Below are positions 28,704-38,915 of a DNA stretch of 64,000 nucleotides, in pieces. Each line of letters starts with the position of its first letter. Positions within the stretch are counted from its first letter, which is position 1. Source of the DNA: a virus; IMG/VR virus record IMGVR_UViG_3300021141_000006, positions 2,936-66,935 of that record, one strand, 5' to 3'. The notes under the pieces were generated by a model. It did no database searches. It was not told the origin of the DNA and saw only the letters and a program-made list of their open reading frames with translations. Both the position numbers and the translations under genes were made by a program.

Positions 28704-31139
28704 TTAACGTGGCTCAAATTCAGCCATGTCAAAGCCATCAAGGGAATCCTCATTGGATTCAAAACTAATTGGTGGTAGATTGTTCTTTCGCTGATTAATC
28801 AACTTAGATTGCTCTGAGTTTTGTTGACTAATACGTTTAGCTTTAGCATCTTCCCTTTCTTTTTCTCTTTTATCCATAGAGTCAACCTCAACGCCCTTAA
28901 GTTGCATTTGCATATCAAACTCAGTCTGCATCAATTGCTGCTTAAGAATGGCCTCATTCTTCATCTTCTCAATTTCAAAAGCCACTTCGGCTTGCTTAAT
29001 CTGCATCTTAGACTGAGTCTCAAGTTGAATCTTCTGCATAGCAGTTTGAGCTGCCATCTGTTGGATTTGAACTTGCTGTTGAGCTTGAATAGCCTGAGTC
29101 TGCATTAAACGCTGTTGCTCTTTCTCCTCTTTCTTAACTCGCTTGAGTTTTAAGAGTTGGTTAGCCAACTTGAGATTTTTAATCTCGCGTATATCAATTG
29201 CATCCTCAAGGTTAATATCACCCTTAGATAAAGCAACTTGAATATTTTGCTCAAGCTGCGCTTTCTCTTCTTCGTCTGGAGAGATGTCGATGAAAATTCC
29301 GAAGTCATATACGTATAGGTCTTTAATTTCATTTAAAATAGATACATTGTATTTGCCAATCTTATTGGCGAAGTCATCTCTAAAGTCAGCGTACTCAAGA
29401 ATATCTGCAATTCTATACGTAAGTGCCTCGGCTATTGATTTGAACATATATAGACTACCGTCAAGAATATGGCGTGTAGCTGTGTTTGAGTTAAGCGCTG
29501 CAAGCTTCTGTACACCAATCAACGCACGCGGATCAGGGTCTGAACCATCACGAGCCTCATTAAGACCTGTTACTGAACGCAACATATCCATATAGTGGTT
29601 GTAGTTTGCAATAAGCATTTGTGTCTTAGCAGCACCGGAGTTACTGTTTAACTCTTGGATTGGAACACGAGCATTGTTGAACTCACCATCTTGAGTATAG
29701 CTACGTCCAATTACACTACCCGTTTGGAAGTATAGTCGGAGTGCATCCTCAGGATTGTAAGCCGCTCCTGTACCAAGGTCAACCTCATTGAGACCATCAG
29801 CATCGATGAACACACCATCAGGTACAACACGTGCAATTACTTGCTGAAGCTTCAAGTGCGTCAACTGAATCAAGTCAGCAAATGGTATCATTCGACGAAC
29901 CATTGACTCAATAACACCTTTGTACATACGTGGAGCAACAGCTACATAGTTTGGTAAAGCGTGCTGAGTAGCTGACTTTGGTCTAACCATATTCTCAGCT
30001 AACTCCCACTTAAGTAGGATATTGGTACCCATAACCATGATACCATTATACCAAACGTCAATTGTTTTCTCAATTTTTTCAAAGCGACCTTCTTCCATCA
30101 TCTCCACAGGAGGATTGAAGTTATCGTCTTTCTCAATTACTCTCGTATTTCCATTGTCAAGAATTTTTTTCTTGTATACAATTTTTTTAGTAGTCTTATA
30201 GTTAAAGTAAAGAAGAGTGCACGTATCACGGTAAAAAACATTATTCTCGTAGAACTGAGCTACATTGTAGTAGTCATACCAACTTTGGCTGTATTTTGAA
30301 ATTTGCTCCAAGTCCTCACGCGTTAGCGATTGGTCAATCTTGTAAAGCTCTGTAATTGAAAGCGTTCTTATTTCACCCCAATAGAAGCAGTCTCTAAAGT
30401 ATGGATCTTCAGTGTAGCTGTAAACAATGTTTGCAGGATCTACGTATGAGATTTGAACACCTGCTCCCGGAAGGAACTCATGCTTCTCTACAGCGATACC
30501 AAGAGTCATTAGGTCGTAGTCACACTGCTTACGAATATTGTCATATCTATTCTCATCAAGAATGGTATTGATAGCCTCCTCTTCTGCAATCTCAATTGCA
30601 GGTTTGTAGTTGAGGTTCATATACAATGATAGCTCTTCGTCAGTGCTTGGAAGCTCATCAGGGTTCATTACAAATGGATCAACACCTGTTTGCTCTTGTA
30701 TATTCATCAGAAGGTCTTTTGCAACCATCTGACTCTCAATCATATCTTGATACTTGTTTCTTTTTGCCTGAGACATTCCATCCTGAGCATATGCCTTAAC
30801 CTTGAATAAACGGTCAGACATTCCATTGACAACAATGTCAACAAACTTAGGAATGATTGGCACAGGTGTCCAATCAAGGTTGATGTATGATAGATCACCA
30901 TCAATAGCAAGCTCATCCTTGTATTTAGCAATAGGCTGCTCACCACGCGCATATAAACGCAAGCGGTGAAAGTCACGCCATTGGCTGTAATATCTACATT
31001 GGTTACCATCCTTGCGGAACCACTCGTATTGTATGGCCTGTCCAACTTGGAGACCAAACTCATCGGTTGCTTTTTCTGCATCAGTTGCGAATTGACTCGG
31101 AAATGATGTAGATGATATGTTTACGATTACTTCTTTCAT
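28704..31139 (-). CDS. Portal protein
   Basis: 811 aa after terminase; WTPVPIIPKFVDIVVNG, TGLNEARDGS, Gln-rich C-terminal coiled coil. Confidence 0.85.
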   Translation of the reverse strand: MKEVIVNISSTSFPSQFATDAEKATDEFGLQVGQAIQYEWFRKDGNQCRYYSQWRDFHRLRLYARGEQPIAKYKDELAIDGDLSYINLDWTPVPIIPKFVDIVVNGMSDRLFKVKAYAQDGMSQAKRNKYQDMIESQMVAKDLLMNIQEQTGVDPFVMNPDELPSTDEELSLYMNLNYKPAIEIAEEEAINTILDENRYDNIRKQCDYDLMTLGIAVEKHEFLPGAGVQISYVDPANIVYSYTEDPYFRDCFYWGEIRTLSITELYKIDQSLTREDLEQISKYSQSWYDYYNVAQFYENNVFYRDTCTLLYFNYKTTKKIVYKKKILDNGNTRVIEKDDNFNPPVEMMEEGRFEKIEKTIDVWYNGIMVMGTNILLKWELAENMVRPKSATQHALPNYVAVAPRMYKGVIESMVRRMIPFADLIQLTHLKLQQVIARVVPDGVFIDADGLNEVDLGTGAAYNPEDALRLYFQTGSVIGRSYTQDGEFNNARVPIQELNSNSGAAKTQMLIANYNHYMDMLRSVTGLNEARDGSDPDPRALIGVQKLAALNSNTATRHILDGSLYMFKSIAEALTYRIADILEYADFRDDFANKIGKYNVSILNEIKDLYVYDFGIFIDISPDEEEKAQLEQNIQVALSKGDINLEDAIDIREIKNLKLANQLLKLKRVKKEEKEQQRLMQTQAIQAQQQVQIQQMAAQTAMQKIQLETQSKMQIKQAEVAFEIEKMKNEAILKQQLMQTEFDMQMQLKGVEVDSMDKREKEREDAKAKRISQQNSEQSKLINQRKNNLPPISFESNEDSLDGFDMAEFEPR

Positions 31140-33397
31140 GTATTCAAGGAGCTAATATTCCCTTTATTATTATATGTAGCAAATTTAATGCTTATTTTTG
31201 ACTCTTTTACCTCAGGTTGATATAAGTGCTTCTGACAAGCCATAATAGCCAATCCTGAGCTAATTGTCGCATCAAACATTGTACGGTCGCTAATATCGAA
31301 TTTAGCCCAATCCTCTAGTGTTTTGTTGAACGGCATAAATCCCATTTCCCCATCTTCTCTAACACCGATGTACTTCTCGATGTGACTTTCAATAGCCGCA
31401 GCGTGCGCCTGCTTGACATCCTCTGATGAGTTTGGTATACCACCTAACTCACGTTCTGTCTTAGACAACTTAGCGTACACCTTGTCAGGACGATTGATAC
31501 AGAAACCACGGTACCCTCTGTTCTTAAAGTGATACAGCAAACGAGGTTTGTTGTTCTCAATCAAAATTGGCATACCATAAAACACACAGGCCATCAATAC
31601 CTCCTCAAAAAATATCTCAGCAGTCTGAGGACGCGCAATGTATTCTAAGAAGAATTGGTTTATAGGCGCCTCATCCATGTGGTATTTGGTTAGACCATGC
31701 AGTGCACCATTTGAACCACGTCCTACCACAACTCCTGAGATGTCATATGAGTCACAGCCAAAGGCACCAATATGTTCATTTCCGGGATACTTAATGCCGT
31801 TCTTTGTGTATACTTGGTTTTGTAAATGCCTTGCAGGAGCCCATGCTATCAAGAACCTTCCCCTTCGATCAGGAGTAAATATCACTTGCGTATCTTTGAT
31901 GCCATCCTTCCAACTAAATGAGCCTCTAGTGTAGTGGTGCTCTTTAATCAATGTATCATTAAAGTCAATCTGCTGATATATCTTAGTCAAGTTAAATAGA
32001 GCAGCCTTGCTTTCATCTCTAAATGCGTGCGACTCTGTTCTTGGGAACTGACGGTAGAATTCGTTAAGTGCGTCAGGGTCGTTCTTCAATGAGTCAACCT
32101 CTGCCTCCCAATAGTCAATGGCCCCATTAACAATCATATTCCCATCAACTCCTTTGATAGGAGCACTTGGTTTACGCAATACAGGCATACCATAAAGGTC
32201 AATGAAGCCCTCCATGTTCCACTCCATCGGGATGAATAGACCATAAAGTCCCGACTTTGTTTGACCATTGGCATTTCGTGTAGACGGCTTAGAATCCTCA
32301 TACAAGTCTTTGTAGTTCTGACCGCCTTTGCTCAATGCATTGGATGTCGAACCCATCATACACTTACCGATAATCTTAGAACCCAATCGCAAACACGTCT
32401 TGGTTACACGCCAATTGTTCAGGATATTATTTGGCTTAGTCCATTTTGCGCTCTCGTCATGTGCTAAAAACAATAGTTTCTCACCATCGTAAGAGTTCTC
32501 ATCTGTGTTCTTCCAATCTATTGTTGTGTCAAGGCCGTCTACGCCATCCTCATCAATCTCATGCATATTCTTTTTGGTGATCTTGGAAGCAGGAACACGA
32601 TAGGCAAGCTCTGTCTTTGGTTTATCCATACCATCCATCACCGGCTTAAAGAAAAACGGCAAGTTACTGTTGATGGGCACAACCTTGTCCGTAAACATCT
32701 TCTTGGCATCGGAACCTGTCTTTGACAAGATACCAACCCGTGAATCTTTAGCGAGAGTTGCAATATTCACGCATTCTGATGATGACATAAAGGAGAACCC
32801 GGAACGACGTATCTTTAAATATACCATACCAAAGCTTCTATAGTCAGCCTTACAGGCCTCCCAATAGATAAAGAAGATGCGATTTGCTTCCCGAAAGTCA
32901 GGGTATCCGACGTCAATCTTAGACCATTGAAGGTACATATAGTGGGACCCCGTCATATATGTAGGAGTGCCATTGTTCATAAACCAATGCCCCTGATCTC
33001 TACGATCAAACTCTTGCTCTATGTAGTCAACGTATTGCGCCTTGAACTCCTTAGGCATCTCATGCCATTGGAAGATTGACTGAATGCGACTCAACTGTTT
33101 TGGTATGTCAACACGCTCCCAATACTGCTCTGATGATTTTGAACTTCTGCTCGTTAATTTTGAAGGCACATCAGGAAGGGCTATATTCACTCCATTGATG
33201 TTGTATATATCACCTATTCTTCCCGTCTTTGACAAGATTACAACGTCATATTGGTCATTATAACCATACTGCCAACTGTGGTTTCGGTTCTTTTGATCCT
33301 TAACCCTCTTTGGGATGTGATCTCTGATAACGCTATATAGCTTATTTAGCTCTTCGCTCTGCGAATCCCTGTTTAATGTCAAGCTTTGGTGATTCAT
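31136..33397 (-). CDS. terL: Terminase large subunit
   Basis: KIRRSGFS Walker A, LAHDE Walker B, MGSTSN, nuclease motifs GCDSYD and FDATISSG. Confidence 0.88.
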   Translation of the reverse strand: MNHQSLTLNRDSQSEELNKLYSVIRDHIPKRVKDQKNRNHSWQYGYNDQYDVVILSKTGRIGDIYNINGVNIALPDVPSKLTSRSSKSSEQYWERVDIPKQLSRIQSIFQWHEMPKEFKAQYVDYIEQEFDRRDQGHWFMNNGTPTYMTGSHYMYLQWSKIDVGYPDFREANRIFFIYWEACKADYRSFGMVYLKIRRSGFSFMSSSECVNIATLAKDSRVGILSKTGSDAKKMFTDKVVPINSNLPFFFKPVMDGMDKPKTELAYRVPASKITKKNMHEIDEDGVDGLDTTIDWKNTDENSYDGEKLLFLAHDESAKWTKPNNILNNWRVTKTCLRLGSKIIGKCMMGSTSNALSKGGQNYKDLYEDSKPSTRNANGQTKSGLYGLFIPMEWNMEGFIDLYGMPVLRKPSAPIKGVDGNMIVNGAIDYWEAEVDSLKNDPDALNEFYRQFPRTESHAFRDESKAALFNLTKIYQQIDFNDTLIKEHHYTRGSFSWKDGIKDTQVIFTPDRRGRFLIAWAPARHLQNQVYTKNGIKYPGNEHIGAFGCDSYDISGVVVGRGSNGALHGLTKYHMDEAPINQFFLEYIARPQTAEIFFEEVLMACVFYGMPILIENNKPRLLYHFKNRGYRGFCINRPDKVYAKLSKTERELGGIPNSSEDVKQAHAAAIESHIEKYIGVREDGEMGFMPFNKTLEDWAKFDISDRTMFDATISSGLAIMACQKHLYQPEVKESKISIKFATYNNKGNISSLNT

Positions 33398-33626
33398 CTT
33401 TTACCTCCTCCAATATAGCCTTCTCGGCTTCGATTTTATTTAGAATTTCGAATGCATCAAATATAGCTAATCGTTTTGACGCAGCAGCGTTCTTTAATTT
33501 GTCCACTGACAAGTCATCTTCAGGATCAGGTTTAATGATATCCTCTTTAGCAACTTTGATGAGTTGTTCAACGGCTCTGTATCCTGCCTCAATAATATTA
33601 CGTCTTAAGTCTTTCTCTCTACTCAT
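33342..33626 (-). CDS. Putative terminase small subunit
   Basis: 94-aa helical protein directly upstream of and overlapping terL. Confidence 0.5.
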   Translation of the reverse strand: MSREKDLRRNIIEAGYRAVEQLIKVAKEDIIKPDPEDDLSVDKLKNAAASKRLAIFDAFEILNKIEAEKAILEEVKDESPKLDIKQGFAERRAK

Positions 33627-34186
33627 AATTTCACTGTGATTTGATGGTCATACATGCGGTATAGCTTCTCATCGTCTACGATAAACTCATACTCACTCTC
33701 AGGCTTAAAGCACACCTTGTCTCCGGCTTTTACTCCGGCCTTTATAAGCGACTCGTTTGGATAGCGCATAATTCCCATCAGTGGTTCTTCGCTTAATGGC
33801 TTGTAGATGTACGACTCCTCAGGTTTTACAGGCTCAACAAAGCAGTACTTGTCGTAGGCCATCCAAGACTCTCCATCATGGAACATATAGAATTGGTCGG
33901 GCTCAATAAAAAATAAATCTTCTTTGAAAAAACTCTTACCGCTCTTGCGACGACCCTTCATGTCGTTGTAAAACTTGAATACGTTGTGATGTACAAGTAG
34001 CTTATGCCCGGGCTTGATAGGCCCTTCATAGCCTAGTGGTATCTCGACAACCTCTGCCTCTCTATTTGAGAACCTGTGGTCTTCCTCTGAAGTGCTTATA
34101 ATAAGGTCGATACCACCAATATCCTTGGTGTTGTTGTATCTCTTCCCCTTAAGTGGTTTAGTGATAAAGTAAAATGGTGATTGCAT
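33623..34186 (-). CDS. Divergent GroES-like co-chaperonin (two GroES-like halves)
   Basis: GGIDLII...AEVVEIP..IKPGHKLLVHH and GVKAGDKVCF.PESEYEFIVDDEKLYRM. Confidence 0.6.
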   Translation of the reverse strand: MQSPFYFITKPLKGKRYNNTKDIGGIDLIISTSEEDHRFSNREAEVVEIPLGYEGPIKPGHKLLVHHNVFKFYNDMKGRRKSGKSFFKEDLFFIEPDQFYMFHDGESWMAYDKYCFVEPVKPEESYIYKPLSEEPLMGIMRYPNESLIKAGVKAGDKVCFKPESEYEFIVDDEKLYRMYDHQITVKL

Positions 34187-34413
34187 TAGATATTTATATT
34201 GTACTCAATGGCAACAGGAACGGTATTATTGAACTCTTTCCAAAGGACAATCTCATTCTTATCATTGGCAATATAAATCTTAATTGATTGCTTGTAGTCG
34301 TCGTACTTAATGAGGTGAATATCTTGAGTATCACCTAGTACTTTCTGACCAACAATGTAATGCATTGCTCCACCCTTGTAGTCCGGTCCGACTGATATTT
34401 TCCTGATTTCCAT
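34186..34413 (-). CDS. Conserved hypothetical phage protein
   Basis: IRKISVGPDYK..AMHYIVGQ. Confidence 0.7.
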   Translation of the reverse strand: MEIRKISVGPDYKGGAMHYIVGQKVLGDTQDIHLIKYDDYKQSIKIYIANDKNEIVLWKEFNNTVPVAIEYNINI

Positions 34414-34449
34414 TGAATTTAATTTCTAAAATAAGTCACCTGACATATT

Positions 34450-34683
34450 TTATTTTTTTGTGACCTCTCCGGTTTGAAGGTTGATTACAGCATCCTCACC
34501 GTACTTGTCCATTAGACCTTTTTCGTGTTGCTGAAACTCTAGTCTTAGCATATCAATATGCTTTAATAGACCGTGCTTCTGTAGCTCAACGTCAGCAAGC
34601 TGAATCTTTAGCTTGTTAAACTCGTTGTGCATTCCTTGAGTAGCCTCTAGCTCCTCCTTAGTTAAAAACTTTTCTACTTTCAT
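34450..34683 (-). CDS. Small coiled-coil protein
   Basis: KYGEDAVINLQTGE C-terminus; promoter TATCTTTG at 34699-34706. Confidence 0.7.
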   Translation of the reverse strand: MKVEKFLTKEELEATQGMHNEFNKLKIQLADVELQKHGLLKHIDMLRLEFQQHEKGLMDKYGEDAVINLQTGEVTKK

Positions 34684-34713
34684 TGGATTTAATTTTTACA
34701 AAGATACAATTTA

Positions 34714-35586
34714 TTAGATAATTATTTTATAAGAGTCAATACTCTTCTCAACTCTATCAATACCACCTTTCATAATACGTACATTTTTAAGTCTAAGTAC
34801 ACGTCCACCAATTGGTTTTGGGGGAGCACCTCTCTCAACGTGCCATCCATGGTGCCCATCCTCATATTCCTCTTTGTATGTTCCTGTGAGCATAAGGTGA
34901 ATCTGACGCTGCTTCATTTGATAACCTAAGTTGGGGTGATGTTGAATCATATCCCTAACGTCATTACGTGAGGCATTCTCATGTATGTGGCCCATTGTAA
35001 ACACGTCAAAATCCTCATATAGCTCTAGCGCTCTTGTTAGATTGATGGCCCCCTTTGTGACAATTCCACCGCCTCCCGAGCCATGAAAATATTTTACTTT
35101 GTAAGTGTGTATTGATCTAGTGCCAATCTTAAATACCAACCACCCGCCGTACCCTCCTACCTGTACATTTGTTCCGCACTTAAGGTTGAGTAAATCAACA
35201 AATCGCTGAAGTATGTCAGTCTCTTGCCACTTTATGACACCTGTCTCGTGATTACCATATCCAATTACTGTTAAGATGTCTGCATATGGCGTCCACCACT
35301 CTACAGCAGTCTCAACAATTGAGTCTAAGTATCTGAAGTTATTGTGTTCAGGCCTAATGTCAGACTTGTTTCTACGATTATCGCCACGACCCTGCATCAA
35401 ACAGAAAAAATCCCCATTTATCATGACTGGTATGTTGTTCTTCTTGAAGTAATCTAGGTGACTTCTCAAGACATCCCAATCGCACTTTGGATTGTCCCAA
35501 TGGATGTCTGATAGCATTGCTATCTGAAAATCATCTGTCGGAATGATTAACTCATGTAAATTTTTTGAGTGCTTGATTAATTGCAT
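34714..35586 (-). CDS. Calcineurin-like metallophosphoesterase
   Basis: SDIHWD, NGDFF, GNHE, FHG and GHIH motifs. Confidence 0.85.
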   Translation of the reverse strand: MQLIKHSKNLHELIIPTDDFQIAMLSDIHWDNPKCDWDVLRSHLDYFKKNNIPVMINGDFFCLMQGRGDNRRNKSDIRPEHNNFRYLDSIVETAVEWWTPYADILTVIGYGNHETGVIKWQETDILQRFVDLLNLKCGTNVQVGGYGGWLVFKIGTRSIHTYKVKYFHGSGGGGIVTKGAINLTRALELYEDFDVFTMGHIHENASRNDVRDMIQHHPNLGYQMKQRQIHLMLTGTYKEEYEDGHHGWHVERGAPPKPIGGRVLRLKNVRIMKGGIDRVEKSIDSYKIII

Positions 35587-36043
35587 ACCTTATGATTATA
35601 GTGAGTATTACACCTGTCACTAAACCAAATAGGAATAGGTTTTGGCTTTTCTTATTTTGTCTAGTTTTTTGCTTAATTAACTTGACATCAGCTTTTAAGC
35701 TGTCACGATGCATTTTGACATCAGCTTTTAAGCTGTTAGAATACATCCTTCTAATGGTCTTGAGGCTATCGCTAAACTTGTGCTTATCCAATCTTATCTC
35801 AAGTCTCGTTTTAGGCACAATACTTTGCTTGTAACGAATGATTGTATCTTTTTGGACCAAGATCTTCTCCCACACAATTGAGTCGTGTACAATTACAGGA
35901 ATTGAGTCTATCGAAGTTATCTGAATTGTATCAGATATCTCCTCGCATCGGTACCCTTTCTTTATGGCCTTGTTTAGGTGGTAGTTTGACGAGCACGCAA
36001 AAAGTAGGTGCAGCGCAGCAAAAGTAAGTGCAAATCGTTTCAT
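35552..36043 (-). CDS. Lipoprotein with C-terminal TM helix (unimolecular spanin candidate)
   Basis: Lipobox LFAC-S; C-terminal FLFGLVTGVILTIII. Confidence 0.6.
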   Translation of the reverse strand: MKRFALTFAALHLLFACSSNYHLNKAIKKGYRCEEISDTIQITSIDSIPVIVHDSIVWEKILVQKDTIIRYKQSIVPKTRLEIRLDKHKFSDSLKTIRRMYSNSLKADVKMHRDSLKADVKLIKQKTRQNKKSQNLFLFGLVTGVILTIIIRYAINQALKKFT

Positions 36044-36324
36044 TACTTGAAAAATGAACGCTTCTTATCAGCGCGGTTCTTTGATTGAGACTGCATACGT
36101 GTACGCGTGCGAGACTTGTGGGCTACGTCCTTACCATCTCCGTTCCCGTAGGTACCACGCTCACGGTTCTCTTTGTTGAGTCCGGCACGATATTCTTTAC
36201 GCTCATCTGAAGAGTGGTATTCTTTGTCATATTTCTCCTTCTTGGCTCTCGCCTCAGGGTTTGACTGATAGTACTTAGCACTCCTTGATGTACCTGTTTT
36301 AGTTCCTGCTAATTTGTTTCTCAT
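36043..36324 (-). CDS. Basic protein with degenerate HNH-like motif
   Basis: GDGKDVAH...KNR; ATG at 36324 preferred. Confidence 0.6.
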   Translation of the reverse strand: MRNKLAGTKTGTSRSAKYYQSNPEARAKKEKYDKEYHSSDERKEYRAGLNKENRERGTYGNGDGKDVAHKSRTRTRMQSQSKNRADKKRSFFK

Positions 36325-36347
36325 CTTTGATAAGGTTATAAACAAAG

Positions 36348-36372
36348 ACAGTAGCCACTAATGAGCTACTGT
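36348..36372. terminator. Hairpin / possible terminator
   Basis: ACAGTAGC/GCTACTGT stem with T-rich flanks on both strands. Confidence 0.5.
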
Positions 36373-36402
36373 ACTTTTTATTTGGTATCCATTTTGCAAT
36401 TA

Positions 36403-36996
36403 TCATCTATAGACAATGTATCGTGAAAATGGTATAGACATCGTTGATGTTGATGCAACGTTTGAAACTGCGACCATAAAATAATTATCAACTGTTACAT
36501 CTATATTGTAAGATCCATCTGCAAAAGGGCTATTAGACTCATCTGTCAAAGCCTCAGATCCAAAATCATATCCTGTTAATACAGAGTTTTTGATATAGAA
36601 TGTTCTAGAAAAAGAAGCACTTCTTGTTGAAGTACTAGCTCCTAAAGCAAAAGCCAAGTTTGTAGATCCTGTTAAGTTATTTGATGTATTTACAAATAAT
36701 CTAACTGTAGAAGAAGTTACATTCGCGTCAGTCTTTAAAAATCTTGAGACAAAATCTAAAGTACAATTATTAGTCAATGAGTTAGCAGGAATCATAACGC
36801 TAGATAATATGACAAGAGTACCTACACCTGTTAAGGTGCCACCAACCATATCATCAAATTTAAACGAAGATACATTTGTTAAAGATAAAATATCAGCAAT
36901 TCTAAAATTAGCTGTAGCATTATTCGTAGAAACATTTGTTCCTATTAATATATCGCTTGGTGTAGGTGCCTCTACAGAATAGTTTTGTATTTTCAT
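36403..36996 (-). CDS. Structural beta-protein, paralog of 52001-52615
   Basis: Shared IPAN, NTSN.LTG and TVDNY motifs. Confidence 0.7.
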   Translation of the reverse strand: MKIQNYSVEAPTPSDILIGTNVSTNNATANFRIADILSLTNVSSFKFDDMVGGTLTGVGTLVILSSVMIPANSLTNNCTLDFVSRFLKTDANVTSSTVRLFVNTSNNLTGSTNLAFALGASTSTRSASFSRTFYIKNSVLTGYDFGSEALTDESNSPFADGSYNIDVTVDNYFMVAVSNVASTSTMSIPFSRYIVYR

Positions 36997-37124
36997 CTTC
37001 CTTGTCCTTTATATGACTTTTTATAATTCTTAGAAGACTTTAACTTAGACGTCTTACACTTAGCGTGAATTCCAGGGCGGCTAACCTTAATATCCTTCTT
37101 AGTTGACTGCTCAATTTTCTTCAT
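36993..37124 (-). CDS. Small basic protein ending YKGQGR (43 aa)
   Basis: Hand-translated MKKIEQSTKK...RPGIHAK...KKSYKGQGR*; promoter TAACTTTG at 37129-37136; ATGA coupling. Confidence 0.7.
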   Translation of the reverse strand: MKKIEQSTKKDIKVSRPGIHAKCKTSKLKSSKNYKKSYKGQGR

Positions 37125-37148
37125 GTAGCAAAGTTAACAAAAAAAATG

Positions 37149-37610
37149 TTACTTGTATGGAACGTAAGTAGTCTTGCCACCTACACGCTTAGCTACAAGG
37201 ATTTGTTTGCGTTGCTTGCCGGTAGACTCATAAGATACGTGAACCCAATCAGGATTCTTATCTGTTCCAAATTCCCAAATCATTTGGTCAAAGTTTAAGT
37301 TGTCCTTGATGAAGTTAAAGATTTGAGCATTGGTGATAGATGTACCATCCATGTCGATATCAATCGCTTCACCAGTGCAATGTTGACTGGATGCGCTGCC
37401 CCCTACGGCCTTGTTCAAAGCAGCAGAGCGATAGCCTGATGAGATGTGAATAGGAACACCAAAGTGCTCGCGGATAGGTTGGAACACATTCTCAGCTAAC
37501 TTCTTGAAGTTCTCCAAGTGCTCAGGTGTTGGCATATTAGAAATGCCTTTACGTTTTGCAGTTTCGCTACGTGTTACTTCTGCTAGTGCTAAATTTTTAC
37601 TCAGTTGCAT
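37149..37610 (-). CDS. Endolysin, peptidase M15A family
   Basis: SSGYRS..LN..VGGS..SQH..GEAID and WVHVSY. Confidence 0.88.
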   Translation of the reverse strand: MQLSKNLALAEVTRSETAKRKGISNMPTPEHLENFKKLAENVFQPIREHFGVPIHISSGYRSAALNKAVGGSASSQHCTGEAIDIDMDGTSITNAQIFNFIKDNLNFDQMIWEFGTDKNPDWVHVSYESTGKQRKQILVAKRVGGKTTYVPYK

Positions 37611-37851
37611 CTTTATCTTTATTTTTAAGTTTCATAATACGCCCGGCAGTTGTGATACCAAACGCTCCCAAAGTTAGTAACATAAATCCATCAAAGATAA
37701 ATTCTTTAATGACAAGTTCGTTACCAATTACACCGGTGATTACATCTGTCAATAAGACAAACACCATTGCGAAAAACGAGATGACGCCAACAAAAGCCTG
37801 CTCGTTAATTTGATTATCGTCCGAAATCAACTCTCTGAAAAACTTTCTCAT
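37597..37851 (-). CDS. Holin-like protein with two TM helices
   Basis: Two hydrophobic helices, basic C-terminus, adjacent to the endolysin. Confidence 0.65.
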   Translation of the reverse strand: MRKFFRELISDDNQINEQAFVGVISFFAMVFVLLTDVITGVIGNELVIKEFIFDGFMLLTLGAFGITTAGRIMKLKNKDKDATE

Positions 37852-38402
37852 AGTTTAAAAATATTTAGTTTAGGTCTTTTTGGTTTTACTACATCGTAGT
37901 GCCAACCAACAGGCGGTTCTTTTTGTTTATCGTCATTAGGGCAGTCTTCTGTTCTTTTATAGAACATTATATCACCCGTATAGTCATCCTTTCTTACAAC
38001 GTAGTCAGATAAGTCCACAGCTACTATCTCATTGTTTATGTATGAGTAGTAGATCCAAGCTCCTTCAATGGCTCTCTTTTGAAGCCACTGACGTATGGTG
38101 TCAAGCTTATCTTCACGTACAATCTGTAGGTCAATCACGTTCTTATACTGCACAACCTGTTGGCTGTAGAACATAAGCACTGTATCTCTAACTGATATAA
38201 TAGAGTCCTTTGTCTTTACATCGGACTTAAATCTTGCAATCCTAGCTTTCTGATTTTCGAATATTGCGTTTATTGTATCAGCCTGTGCCTTTGTTAGTAT
38301 GACAACAGAGTCACCATCAATTACCGTCTGAAGTGGGTAACGTGATTGGCTGAAACTCAAACTGCTTACCAGTAGACTGACTACGAACAATATCTTTCTC
38401 AT
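37848..38402 (-). CDS. Signal-peptide protein in the lysis module
   Basis: Sec signal ending SLSFSQ; overlaps the upstream gene by 86 bp. Confidence 0.6.
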   Translation of the reverse strand: MRKILFVVSLLVSSLSFSQSRYPLQTVIDGDSVVILTKAQADTINAIFENQKARIARFKSDVKTKDSIISVRDTVLMFYSQQVVQYKNVIDLQIVREDKLDTIRQWLQKRAIEGAWIYYSYINNEIVAVDLSDYVVRKDDYTGDIMFYKRTEDCPNDDKQKEPPVGWHYDVVKPKRPKLNIFKL

Positions 38403-38676
38403 TTGCTAGTTCTTTTTTAATATCTTTTACGACCGACTTGGTGCTGTCTAGGTCTCCTATGACCTCAGATACCATGTCTTGTAAGTTCTCTTTATCAGCT
38501 TTTAATTCGTTTACACTATTAGTAAGCTTCTTATTAGCTGTTGTAAGCTTCTTATTTTCCCCGGTTAGCTGTATGTTATCCTCAACCACGACAACGTGAC
38601 CATGTCCGCTTGAGAATACTTGCGTTACCACAAGTATAATAAATAGAGAGCCTACAATGATGAGCTTCTTTTTCAT
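38317..38676 (-). CDS. i-spanin-like protein (N-terminal TM plus coiled coil)
   Basis: KKK-TM followed by heptad repeats. Confidence 0.55.
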   Translation of the reverse strand: MKKKLIIVGSLFIILVVTQVFSSGHGHVVVVEDNIQLTGENKKLTTANKKLTNSVNELKADKENLQDMVSEVIGDLDSTKSVVKDIKKELANEKDIVRSQSTGKQFEFQPITLPTSDGN

Positions 38677-38915
38677 TTCTTACTTAAGAACATCAGAACT
38701 ATCTCCTTGAGACTTTTAGAACTCTCAGTGCTCTCTGTAAGCTTGCTGTCAAGCTTCTCACGATACTCTCCCTCAAGATCATTTACCTTTGCCTTAAGAT
38801 CATCCTCGCTCTGCATTAGGCGATTAAGGAACATCCAACACAGGTAGCCAAGTGCTAATACTGCGAATCCTAGGACACCATACTGCGTTAATACTTCAAA
38901 TGGACCGAATGACAT
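38673..38915 (-). CDS. Single-TM holin-like protein
   Basis: QYGVLGFAVLALGYLCWMF followed by a coiled coil. Confidence 0.6.
   Translation of the reverse strand: MSFGPFEVLTQYGVLGFAVLALGYLCWMFLNRLMQSEDDLKAKVNDLEGEYREKLDSKLTESTESSKSLKEIVLMFLSKK

Noticed and set aside
36299-36406. 35-aa ORF MIIAKWIPNKK... on the minus strand
   Set aside because: Has an ATGA overlap but runs through a terminator-like hairpin and has no recognisable features
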